DNA of 64,000 nucleotides. Origin: Patescibacteria group bacterium. GTDB lineage: Bacteria; Patescibacteriota; Microgenomatia; UBA8517. The stretch lies in the NCBI GenBank assembly GCA_036381415.1, contig DASVCV010000001.1, positions 69,053-133,052 of the forward strand, written 5' to 3'. This document shows, one piece after another, positions 1 through 8,839 of the stretch. Both the position numbers and the translations under genes were made by a program. Below the pieces are notes generated by a model. That model was not told the origin of the DNA. It saw nothing but the letters and a program-made list of their open reading frames with translations, and did no database searches. Positions within the stretch are counted from its first letter, which is position 1. Each line of letters begins with the position of its first letter.

Positions 1-86
1 TCTGCCTTTTTTCTTCTTCTTTAATTAAAGAAAGTATTTTGTCCATTTGTGGCTATTTTAACACGCAGTTGGCAAATAGTTTACTT

Positions 87-689
87 TTACCTATTATTTC
101 TTTTAGGCTTGCCAGGTACTTGGTGGTGGGAAGGGCATCTTGGAGCATATGCTTCTTCTGCTCCTATTAAAACAATTGGGTCGCTGTAGTTTGCGGGCTT
201 TCCATTTACCAGCCTTTGAGTTCTTGTTGCCTCATCTCCACAGATCTCACCATTATCTTTGTATGTGCAAATGGCAGTAAGTCTTGCAATATCATCGGCC
301 AAGGCAAGAAGAGTTGGCATTTGTCCAAACGGCTCTCCTCTAAAATCTAAAGGCAAACCTGCAAAAACAACTTCAACATTGCGGTCAAGAATTTCTTGAA
401 TTACAGGAATAATTTCAGGTCCCATAAATTGGATTTCGTCTATTGCAACCATTTTGGTGTCTTTTGAAAGAAATCCTAAGATTTCTGGTGGTTCGCATAC
501 TGGGATTGCAGGATGTTCTGAGCCGGCATGAGATCTTACATAATCAACTTTATTCCACCTGTCATCAATTGCCGGCTTAAAAACTAAAACTTCACGTCCT
601 GCAATTTCAGCGCGAGTTACTCTTCTTAAAAGTTCATCAGACTTTCCTGAAAACATGCAGCCTGCAATTCCAATTAGTCTTTCACTCAT
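87..689 (-). CDS. tdk: thymidine kinase
   Basis: N-terminal P-loop CMFSGKSDELLRR and C-terminal Cys/His zinc ribbon; the size and architecture are typical of Tdk. Last gene of a co-directional dTMP operon. Confidence 0.8.
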   Translation of the reverse strand: MSERLIGIAGCMFSGKSDELLRRVTRAEIAGREVLVFKPAIDDRWNKVDYVRSHAGSEHPAIPVCEPPEILGFLSKDTKMVAIDEIQFMGPEIIPVIQEILDRNVEVVFAGLPLDFRGEPFGQMPTLLALADDIARLTAICTYKDNGEICGDEATRTQRLVNGKPANYSDPIVLIGAEEAYAPRCPSHHQVPGKPKRNNR

Positions 690-1390
690 CTTTCTTTTCC
701 CTTTCTTACTCCTTCAATATAGCCGCATTGTCTTAGCTGCTGACAGGAAGCTTCTTTTGCAATGTAAAGTACTTCTTCGGGAGAAGCAGTTGCATTTATA
801 ACTACAAATCTACCTTTTGTATCCTGTACGGCTTCTCTTAAATACTCATACCTTACTTTTTTGTGAAATTCTATTTTTTCTAAATCAAGTCTATTAAGGC
901 TACCATCTTTGTTTTTTCTTTCTATTCCTGTTTCAGGATCAATGTCCAAAAGAAATGTTAAATCTGGAACTAGACCTTGGGTGGAAAGATCATTTAGGTA
1001 ATGAATTACATCTACTCCTAAACCTCTTCCTCCTCCTTGATATGCAATTGAGCTATCCATATATCTATCCAATATGACTACTCTGCCATTATCTAAAGCA
1101 GGTTTAATTACTTTTGAGACTAGTTCTGCACGAGATGCTTGAAAAAGAAGTGCTTCAGCCATTGGATCCAACTTCCTGCCTTTTTTAAGAAGAGTTTTTC
1201 TAATTTCTTCAGACACCTCTGTCCCTCCTGGTTCACTTTTTAAGATTGGTCTAATTCCAAACTCATCAAATAGCCAAAGGGCTAGTTCTTTTGCCAAGCT
1301 GCTTTTTCCAGAACCTTCTCCTCCTTCAAGAGTATAAAAAACACCACCTCGCCTTCCTCTTAAGGTAGATCCGACCGGATATGTTTTCAT
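686..1390 (-). CDS. tmk: thymidylate (dTMP) kinase
   Basis: LEGGEGSGKSS P-loop in the Tmk context and a DRY-like motif (LDRYMDSSIAYQG). It overlaps its neighbours by 4 nt, indicating an operon. Confidence 0.8.
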   Translation of the reverse strand: MKTYPVGSTLRGRRGGVFYTLEGGEGSGKSSLAKELALWLFDEFGIRPILKSEPGGTEVSEEIRKTLLKKGRKLDPMAEALLFQASRAELVSKVIKPALDNGRVVILDRYMDSSIAYQGGGRGLGVDVIHYLNDLSTQGLVPDLTFLLDIDPETGIERKNKDGSLNRLDLEKIEFHKKVRYEYLREAVQDTKGRFVVINATASPEEVLYIAKEASCQQLRQCGYIEGVRKGKER

Positions 1391-2358
1391 ATATTTTCTT
1401 TAATGAGTCCTAGGCTTTTAAATTTATCAAGCAATTCTTGTCTTTCTCTTTTATTAGTTAAGCCTTGTGAATCAGCAACTGTAAGAATGTCAGATTTTGT
1501 AAACTGAACATTCCCGTTTAGCAAGGTTGTAAGAACAGTTTTTTCTGGAAGAGTTAGTTGTGTTGCTTTCATTTCATAATCCTCAAAAGCTTTCCAGGAA
1601 ATAGGAAATGCATCCTCTATAATTTTTGCCATGGCTTCTGCATAAACTCTAATTTCATACTGTGCATGAGGATCCGCTCTTAATGCTAAGAAGTGGAAAA
1701 TATTATGAAGATTTGCTTCCCAGTACCATTGTGTATATACATTTACTCCCAGTGGAAGACGTGCTAGTTCTCTAGCAATCATGGGTCTTTCAACATCTTC
1801 CTGCTTTCCATCTTCGGTGCTATTTAAATAATAGTCATATAAATCATATTGGGAGACAGAGTTTGCTTCTAAGTCTTTCCTAAACTGTTCTGCATATTCT
1901 AAATCAACAGTCTCACCTCTACCTTGTCTGTTGCTGCTTGCCTGAACTCCAATTACAGATGGCTCTGGGATATAGAATTCATTGCTGAGAATTGAATACC
2001 TAGCTGATTCTTCGTTTATACTTGCAGTTCTATGTCGTACCCATTGCCTGGCAACAACAATTGGCATTTTTGCATGTATTTTAAGAACTGCCATTTCAAA
2101 AGGTGTTGTATGGTGATGACGCCTTAAGTACCTTACTAGACCCGTGGTTTCATTTACAGACCTAGTTCCTGCCCCATATGAAACCCTTGCTGCTTGTTCT
2201 ACTGATTGGTCATTACCCATATAATCCACAAGATAGAGAAAGCCGTGATCTAGAACAGGAATTTTTACTCCCAACCACTTTTCTGCACCTGGATTTATGG
2301 GTCTTCTGCTTTCTGTAATTGGGAATTGCTGCTCCCTATCTGTATTTTCTATACTCAT
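1387..2358 (-). CDS. thyX: flavin-dependent thymidylate synthase ThyX
   Basis: ThyX signature RHRTASINEESARY (RHR...S motif). Confidence 0.85.
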   Translation of the reverse strand: MSIENTDREQQFPITESRRPINPGAEKWLGVKIPVLDHGFLYLVDYMGNDQSVEQAARVSYGAGTRSVNETTGLVRYLRRHHHTTPFEMAVLKIHAKMPIVVARQWVRHRTASINEESARYSILSNEFYIPEPSVIGVQASSNRQGRGETVDLEYAEQFRKDLEANSVSQYDLYDYYLNSTEDGKQEDVERPMIARELARLPLGVNVYTQWYWEANLHNIFHFLALRADPHAQYEIRVYAEAMAKIIEDAFPISWKAFEDYEMKATQLTLPEKTVLTTLLNGNVQFTKSDILTVADSQGLTNKRERQELLDKFKSLGLIKENI

Positions 2359-2807
2359 TTTTTACCAGTACTACCAAAACCACCTTCTCCTCTTTGGGTT
2401 TCTGACAACTGCTCTACTTGTAAAATTTTTGCTTGTGGAGCATAAAGAAGGACACCCTGGGCAATTTTTTGGCCTTGCTCAAATACAAAAGTACTATCAT
2501 CTGTGTTGTATAAAATTAACTGCCACTCTCCTCTATAAATAGAGTCGATTACTCCTGCCATCACATGTGTTCCTTCTCTATCTGTTTGGCCGCTTTTGTC
2601 TTTAAAAAAAACAACCCAATCTTGAGGTATTTCTCCAGCTATTCCGAGGGCTATTTTTTTTCTTTTTCTTGGCTCAATTGATCCAGCGATTGGAGAGTAG
2701 AGATCAAAACCTGCATCTCCTGGATGTGCGTATGTGGGAAGTTTTGCATCAGGAGAAAGAATTTTAATATTAAGAACAGGCGCTTCTAAATTTAATCTTT
2801 CTGCCAT
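2355..2807 (-). CDS. dut: dUTP diphosphatase
   Basis: Dut motifs AHPGDAGFDLYS and a C-terminal GxGGFGSTG motif; ~150 aa. Confidence 0.8.
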   Translation of the reverse strand: MAERLNLEAPVLNIKILSPDAKLPTYAHPGDAGFDLYSPIAGSIEPRKRKKIALGIAGEIPQDWVVFFKDKSGQTDREGTHVMAGVIDSIYRGEWQLILYNTDDSTFVFEQGQKIAQGVLLYAPQAKILQVEQLSETQRGEGGFGSTGKK

Positions 2808-2848
2808 TATTATGCTCCAGCTAAAATATCACTTAACAAAGAGCGGTG

Positions 2849-3325
2849 TCAATGATTGGTTTCTTTAAATCTAACAACCTCTATTCCTTTTCCCTTAAAT
2901 AGTTCCATTGCAAAAGAGGTTTCTGGATCATGATAATCTCTACTATACACAACTCTTTGAATTCCAGCGGCAATTATAAATTTTGCACAATCGTTGCAGG
3001 GAAAGTCAGTTGTATAAATTGTTCCTCCATCGGTGCTTGCTCCACCCTGAAATGCTACTTGGATAATTGCATTTAATTCTGCGTGAATTACTCTTTTACA
3101 ATGTCCGTCTTCTTCATAACAACCCACATCGTCACAGTGCGGAGTTCCGCGGGGTGATCCATTGTATCCTGCGGATATTAATCTGTTGTCTTTTGCAATA
3201 ACTGCACCAACACTTCTTTTTGGACAGGTAGCACGTTCTGAGACAGCTGAAGCTATTTTCATAAAATACTCATCCCAAGTTGGACGTCTCTCTTTTACTT
3301 CCGGATGTATTCTTTCACTTGCCAT
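2849..3325 (-). CDS. comEB: dCMP deaminase (ComEB family)
   Basis: Cytidine/deoxycytidylate deaminase zinc motifs HAELNAI and PCNDCAKFI, with a dCMP-deaminase-type N-terminus (WDEYFM). Confidence 0.8.
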   Translation of the reverse strand: MASERIHPEVKERRPTWDEYFMKIASAVSERATCPKRSVGAVIAKDNRLISAGYNGSPRGTPHCDDVGCYEEDGHCKRVIHAELNAIIQVAFQGGASTDGGTIYTTDFPCNDCAKFIIAAGIQRVVYSRDYHDPETSFAMELFKGKGIEVVRFKETNH

Positions 3326-3376
3326 GTCTCATCTTTAATACCTATTTTTGAAAGTGTTGTCAAGAAGAAAAGTTTA

Positions 3377-5356
3377 TTACTTAACGACAGGCTGAGTTTC
3401 TGTTTCTTTGTCTTTTTGCAATTTTGGATTTTTCCAGGATGCCCAATCACACTCAGGATATCTGGAGCAGCCAAAGAATGATCTTCTTTTGGCAGTTCTT
3501 TTAATAATCACTTCTCCTTCATTGCACTTAGGACATTTCATTCCTACTTTTTCTATGTATTTATCAGTGTATTTACATTCTGGAAAATTGGAACAGGATA
3601 CAAATTTTCCAAATCTTCCAATTCTTACCACCAAATCTCCTTTTTTACATTCAGGACATTTAATTCCTAATTTTTCTGTTTCTATTTTTACTCTTTTTGA
3701 ATTTTTAGTTACATCTTCAAGTTTTTTCTCAAAAGGCTTATAGAAAATTCCTATTTCTTTTTCCCACTCCTTTTTGCCATTTGCAACATTATCCAAATCT
3801 TCCTCCATGTCAGCTGTAAATTTGTAATCCAAAACTTCTGGAAAGTTGCTCATTAAAAACTCAGTAACGGCATTTCCAACAGGAGTTGGAAAGAACTTTC
3901 CTTCTTTTTTCTCCACATAAGTTCTTGCCTGAATTGTTGAAATAATTGGAGCATAGGTTGAAGGTCTTCCAATTCCTAACTTTTCCAGAGTTTTAATGAT
4001 GGATGCTTCATTGTATCTAGCTGGAGGTTCTGTAAATTTCTGGTCTGAATTAACTTTAATAAGTGTTAGAGAATCATCTTTTACTACCTCAGGCAAAATG
4101 ACTGCAGACTCATCAGTAAGCTTAGCTGGAATTACTTTTCTCCAGCCATCAAATTTCATTATTTGTCCTCCTGCTCTTAACAAATAGGTATCTGCTTTTA
4201 CATCAATTGTTGTTTCATCATATACGGATGGAGTCATCTGACATGCAATAAATCTTCTTGCTATAAGTTCATATAGTTTTTTGGCATCAAGTGCTCCTCT
4301 TCCATTAAATTCTGGAGATTTATTTGAAACATTGGTTGGACGAATTGCTTCATGGGCTTCTTGTGCAACTTTGGAAGTTGTTTTGTAAAATCTGGGAGAT
4401 TCTGGAAGATATTTTTCTCCAAATTCCTTTTTAATATAATCTCTTACTTTGGCAACTGCGGCTGAAGCAATATTGGTTGAGTCAGTTCTGTGATATGTGA
4501 TTAGTCCTTCTTCATATAGTCCCTGTGCAATAGACATTGTTCTTTTTGCACTCCAACCATAGATGCGGGCTCCTGCCTGGGTCATGGTGGAAGTTGTAAA
4601 AGGAGGATATGGATTTTTTCTTACTTCTTTTTTCCTGACATCTGAAACAATATAGCTAGCCTTATTAAGATCACTTACTACTTTGTCTGCTTCTTTTTTA
4701 TTTGAAACAGAGGCAGTTTTTTCACCTATTTTTGTCAGTGAAACTATGAACTCACTTTTACTTGCTTTTACTGGACTAACTGTACAGTAGATTTCCCAGT
4801 ATTCAACAGGCTTAAACTTTTCTATTTCTTTTTCTTTCTCCACAATAAGCCTGACTGCAACTGACTGGACACGCCCGGCTGAAAGGCCACGTCTAACTTT
4901 TTTCCAAAGAAGGGGTGAGAGCTTGTATCCAACCAATCTATCAAGAACACGACGCGCAATCTGGGCATCAACCAGATTTTTATCTACACTTCTAGGGTGA
5001 GCAAGAGCTTCTTCAACTGCTTCTTTTGTAATTTCATGGAAAACAATTCTTTGAGATTTTTTTCCATCAATTAATTCATTAACATGGGATGAAATGGCTT
5101 CTCCCTCACGGTCAGGATCAGTGGCGAGATATATCTTTTTTGCACTTTTAGCTAATTTTTGAAGTTTTTTAATTACATCTTTCTTTGCAGGAACTTCTAT
5201 ATATTCTGGCTTAAATTTTTTCTCCACATCCACACCTAGAGTTGACTTGGGCAAATCTTTAATATGGCCCATGGTTGCTTCCACTTCATATGGCTTTCCT
5301 AAAAACTTAGAAAGTGTTTTTGCTTTGGTTGGTGACTCAACAATTATTAATTCCAT
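3377..5356 (-). CDS. topA: DNA topoisomerase I
   Basis: TOPRIM N-terminus (IVESPTKAKT), the active-site region GLITYHRTDS, and three C-terminal Cys4 zinc ribbons. Confidence 0.9.
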   Translation of the reverse strand: MELIIVESPTKAKTLSKFLGKPYEVEATMGHIKDLPKSTLGVDVEKKFKPEYIEVPAKKDVIKKLQKLAKSAKKIYLATDPDREGEAISSHVNELIDGKKSQRIVFHEITKEAVEEALAHPRSVDKNLVDAQIARRVLDRLVGYKLSPLLWKKVRRGLSAGRVQSVAVRLIVEKEKEIEKFKPVEYWEIYCTVSPVKASKSEFIVSLTKIGEKTASVSNKKEADKVVSDLNKASYIVSDVRKKEVRKNPYPPFTTSTMTQAGARIYGWSAKRTMSIAQGLYEEGLITYHRTDSTNIASAAVAKVRDYIKKEFGEKYLPESPRFYKTTSKVAQEAHEAIRPTNVSNKSPEFNGRGALDAKKLYELIARRFIACQMTPSVYDETTIDVKADTYLLRAGGQIMKFDGWRKVIPAKLTDESAVILPEVVKDDSLTLIKVNSDQKFTEPPARYNEASIIKTLEKLGIGRPSTYAPIISTIQARTYVEKKEGKFFPTPVGNAVTEFLMSNFPEVLDYKFTADMEEDLDNVANGKKEWEKEIGIFYKPFEKKLEDVTKNSKRVKIETEKLGIKCPECKKGDLVVRIGRFGKFVSCSNFPECKYTDKYIEKVGMKCPKCNEGEVIIKRTAKRRSFFGCSRYPECDWASWKNPKLQKDKETETQPVVK

Positions 5357-5411
5357 AACTTTAAGTAAAGTTTAGTTTACCCCATATGTCAAGGGAGTCA
5401 GAAAAAAATTA

Positions 5412-6056
5412 TCACAAAATTGAATTTACATAATTTATGATAATTTCTGGAGACTTTCCAACAGCTGCTCCATTTTCAATTAAAAAATCTGTAATTGGAG
5501 AACCTGGAACTGCAAATACTTCTTTTCCCTGGTCTGCTGCCCAACCTGCAGTTGACCTTGTGCCACTTCTTAGGTCTCCTTCTATTACAAGAACTGCAAG
5601 TGAAAGTCCTGTGATAATCCTATTTCTTTGTAAAAAGTGGACTTGGTATGGGCCTACCTTTGAGGGATATTCTGAGACGACTGCTCCATTTTTCATTATT
5701 TGGGTATAAAGGCTTCTGTTTTCTGGAGGATATATGACATCAAGACCAGATCCTAAGACTGCAATAGTTCTTCCACCTCCCTTTAAAGCTCCTCTATGTG
5801 CGATTGTGTCAATACCTCTTGCTAAGCCAGACACTATTGTGATGCCTGATCTTGCAATGTTATACGAGAAATCTAAGGCAAGACGCTTGCCGCGCTCTGA
5901 CATTTGTCTTGTTCCAACAATTGCCACAGCCTTTTTATCTTGAGGTTTTATTTCACCATTTATATATAAAACTTGGGGTGCATTGTCTATGGTTTTTAAT
6001 GCCTCAGGATAATTTGTTTGGCTGAAATTTAGCTCCTTCATTGTCTTTGAGTCCAA
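5412..6056 (-). CDS. dprA: DNA processing protein DprA (short form)
   Basis: DprA Rossmann-core motifs IVGTRQMSERG and IVSGLARGIDTIAHRGAL. Confidence 0.75.
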   Translation of the reverse strand: MDSKTMKELNFSQTNYPEALKTIDNAPQVLYINGEIKPQDKKAVAIVGTRQMSERGKRLALDFSYNIARSGITIVSGLARGIDTIAHRGALKGGGRTIAVLGSGLDVIYPPENRSLYTQIMKNGAVVSEYPSKVGPYQVHFLQRNRIITGLSLAVLVIEGDLRSGTRSTAGWAADQGKEVFAVPGSPITDFLIENGAAVGKSPEIIINYVNSIL

Positions 6057-7672
6057 TATGAGATTATATCCTTTGCAATTGGAGCTGCAACTTGGGATCC
6101 TTCTCCACCTTTTTCAACAAGTATTGTTGCTACAATCTGGGCATTTGATTTAGAGTAACTAGGATCTACTGGAGCAATTGCATTAAACCAAGCATGCGTT
6201 TTATCTTTTTCATTTGTTTCAGCAGTTCCAGTTTTACAAGCTACCTGTGGCTTAAAATCAAAGAAAGGATAGGCAGTGCCACCTGTTGAGCAAGCTCCAA
6301 TCATCCCTTCTTTAATTTCATCTAGTGTACTTTGACTTATTCCTAGGTCCTTACATTTAACATCTGCTGCTATCATTCGCGGTTCACAGAGTTTTCCTTT
6401 TGTTGAAATTACAGATGCAATTGCATTTGCCTGTAAAGGAGTGACTGTTAAGTCTCCTTGGCCTATTGCCATGTGATATGTATTTCCCAAAAACCACAAT
6501 TCTCCTTTTGCCTGTCTTTTCCAGGCAGGAGATGGAACTAATCCACTTGCTTCACCCGGAAGATTGACTCCTGTTTTTGTTCCTAATCCAAATTTTTGGG
6601 CCCATTTATCAAGAAGGTCAACTCCTGTTAACTCTCCAACTTTATAAAAGAAGGTGTCAGTGGATCTGGCAATTGCTTTTGTTAGGCCAATTACTCCTTC
6701 TGTACTTCCATACTGGGTGAAATACCAGTTGGTGTAGGAGAAATCTCCAATTTTAATTACACCTGTGTCGTTATATGTAAAATCTGGGGTGATCTTTTTT
6801 TCTTCCAAGGCAGCTGAAGCTGTGACAATTTTAAAAATAGAACCTGGGTGGTACTCACCTGAAATAGTTCTATCAAAAAGAGGAAGATCAGGATTGGCTA
6901 GAAGCTCACCTCTTGTTTTTTTTGAAATAAAATCATTTTGTATAAAAACATTTGGATCATATGAAGGAGAAGAATAAAGAGCAAGAATCTGGCCATGTCC
7001 ATCTGTTACTGCGGCTGCACCTTTTTTGTCCTTCATGGAAAGAGCAGTTTTTCTTTGGATTCCTGCATCAAAGGTTGTAACTAAATCTTTACCGGGAACA
7101 GGCTCTTTGGTTCCTAATACTCTAATTTTGTGGCCCATGGAGTTAACCTCAATTAATTCTTCTCCATCAATCCCACGGAGCTGGCATTCAAAACCTGCTT
7201 CTATACCAGACCTGCCTACACTATTAATAGGCTTAATTGGACCATGGTCTGGACAGTCAGGATCAATTTTTCCTACTTCATCACCAGAAGCTGCTCCTAC
7301 ATACCCTGTGACGTGTCCAAAATCAGCTCCATATGGATATTTCCTTACATATTCACTAATTAACTCATCTGGCTTTGCATCTTTAACATCATCTATTTTT
7401 TTGTAGCCTTCTAATGGATCAAAGACAATTCTTTTTTTAATTTCGGTGTTGCCTGCTAATACCTCTCCGCCTCTTGCTAAAATCCTACCTCTTGGGGCGG
7501 GAATTACAATTCTTCTAATTCTATTGCCATCAGCCAAATCTTTGTAATATGCACCTTTAATAATCTGGAGTTCCCCCAGACGGGAAATTAGAATGGCAAC
7601 AGCTAAGAAAAGAAGTCCTCTAAAAAACCAGGAGAGCCAGGACTGGGAGGAACTTGTGTTAAAGGAATACAT
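6038..7672 (-). CDS. mrdA: penicillin-binding protein 2 (peptidoglycan transpeptidase)
   Basis: N-terminal TM anchor, an SxxK active site (SIFK) and a KTG motif (CKTGTAE). It lies next to mreB. Confidence 0.75.
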   Translation of the reverse strand: MYSFNTSSSQSWLSWFFRGLLFLAVAILISRLGELQIIKGAYYKDLADGNRIRRIVIPAPRGRILARGGEVLAGNTEIKKRIVFDPLEGYKKIDDVKDAKPDELISEYVRKYPYGADFGHVTGYVGAASGDEVGKIDPDCPDHGPIKPINSVGRSGIEAGFECQLRGIDGEELIEVNSMGHKIRVLGTKEPVPGKDLVTTFDAGIQRKTALSMKDKKGAAAVTDGHGQILALYSSPSYDPNVFIQNDFISKKTRGELLANPDLPLFDRTISGEYHPGSIFKIVTASAALEEKKITPDFTYNDTGVIKIGDFSYTNWYFTQYGSTEGVIGLTKAIARSTDTFFYKVGELTGVDLLDKWAQKFGLGTKTGVNLPGEASGLVPSPAWKRQAKGELWFLGNTYHMAIGQGDLTVTPLQANAIASVISTKGKLCEPRMIAADVKCKDLGISQSTLDEIKEGMIGACSTGGTAYPFFDFKPQVACKTGTAETNEKDKTHAWFNAIAPVDPSYSKSNAQIVATILVEKGGEGSQVAAPIAKDIISYWTQRQ

Positions 7673-7688
7673 TAGTTTATTCTACAAC

Positions 7689-8732
7689 CTACTTCAACCC
7701 ACTTGTTACTTTTATTTTTGCAAGAAGTTTTGGATCTTCCAATACCTTTCCACACCCTCTAACTACTGATGTGAGTGGGTCTGGTGCAATCCAGACAGGC
7801 ATTTTAGTAATGTCTGCAACCAATTTATCAATTCCTTCTATTAAAGATCCTCCTCCAGTTAGAACTATTCCTTTTTCCATGATGTCTGAGACTAACTCAG
7901 GAGGAGCTTCTTCAAGAGCTCCTTTAATGTTTGTAACAATTTCAGTTAATGTTGGAGAAAGAGCTTCTCTTACTTCATCACTAGAAAGCTTAATAGATTT
8001 TGGAAGACCAGTTTCTAAGTCCCTTCCTCTAATAACTGAGAATTTTTCTTTTCCGATACTAGCTGATCCTATGGTCATCTTTACTGTTTCTGCAGTTGGC
8101 TGGCCTAAAAGAAGTGAATATTTAAGCTTTACATAATTAATTACTGCTTCATCCATTTCATCTCCAGCAATTCTTACTGATCTTCCAATTACCACTCCTC
8201 CTAATGAAATTAAGGCTATTTCACTTGTTCCTCCACCAATATCAACAACAAATACTCCACCTGGATCATCAATAGGAAGACCAATGCCAATGGCTGCTGC
8301 CATTGGTTCTTCTATTAAGAATGCCTGACGGGCTCCTGCAGATAGTGCTGCGTCAGCTACAGCACGGCGTTCTACTTCTGTTACTCCTGATGGAATTCCA
8401 ATTACAACTCTGGGACGAGGTACTTTAGGAATTACTGTTCCTGATTCATGAACTCTTTTAATGTAGTGATCAAGCATGGCTTGGGTTGCATCAAAATCAG
8501 ATATCACTCCATCTTTTAAAGGACGGATTGCTTCAACAAGCTGTGGAGTTCTTCCTACCATTCTTTTGGCAGAGGTTCCAATGGCTAACACTTCTTTTGT
8601 TTTTTTCTGACGGGCTACAACAGATGGCTCTCTAATTACTATTCCTTTTTCTTTCACCCAAACAAGAGTGTTGGCAGTTCCCAAGTCAATTCCTACATCA
8701 TGGCTGAACAAACCTAAAATACGGTTAAACAT
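7689..8732 (-). CDS. mreB: rod shape-determining protein MreB
   Basis: Actin-fold motifs GIDLGTANTLV and DIGGGTSEIA; ~347 aa. Confidence 0.9.
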   Translation of the reverse strand: MFNRILGLFSHDVGIDLGTANTLVWVKEKGIVIREPSVVARQKKTKEVLAIGTSAKRMVGRTPQLVEAIRPLKDGVISDFDATQAMLDHYIKRVHESGTVIPKVPRPRVVIGIPSGVTEVERRAVADAALSAGARQAFLIEEPMAAAIGIGLPIDDPGGVFVVDIGGGTSEIALISLGGVVIGRSVRIAGDEMDEAVINYVKLKYSLLLGQPTAETVKMTIGSASIGKEKFSVIRGRDLETGLPKSIKLSSDEVREALSPTLTEIVTNIKGALEEAPPELVSDIMEKGIVLTGGGSLIEGIDKLVADITKMPVWIAPDPLTSVVRGCGKVLEDPKLLAKIKVTSGLK

Positions 8733-8839
8733 ATGTAATTGGGAGTATAGCTCGTGGGCACAACCTTATAAAGAGCCTGTTCAAATAAGATAAATTAAGG
8801 GGTTTGGCTGTAAGGCAAGCTGTAGTAAAATAAAAGTTC

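Noticed and set aside
3408-4187. Several 60-130-aa ORFs antisense to large genes (e.g. 3408..3743, 3996..4187, 5437..5943, 6765..7406, 7771..8136, 9221..9465, 10450..11118)
   Set aside because: They are fully embedded antisense in well-supported genes (topA, dprA, PBP2, mreB, the ligase-like gene). They have no RBS and are typical shadow ORFs in an AT-rich genome.
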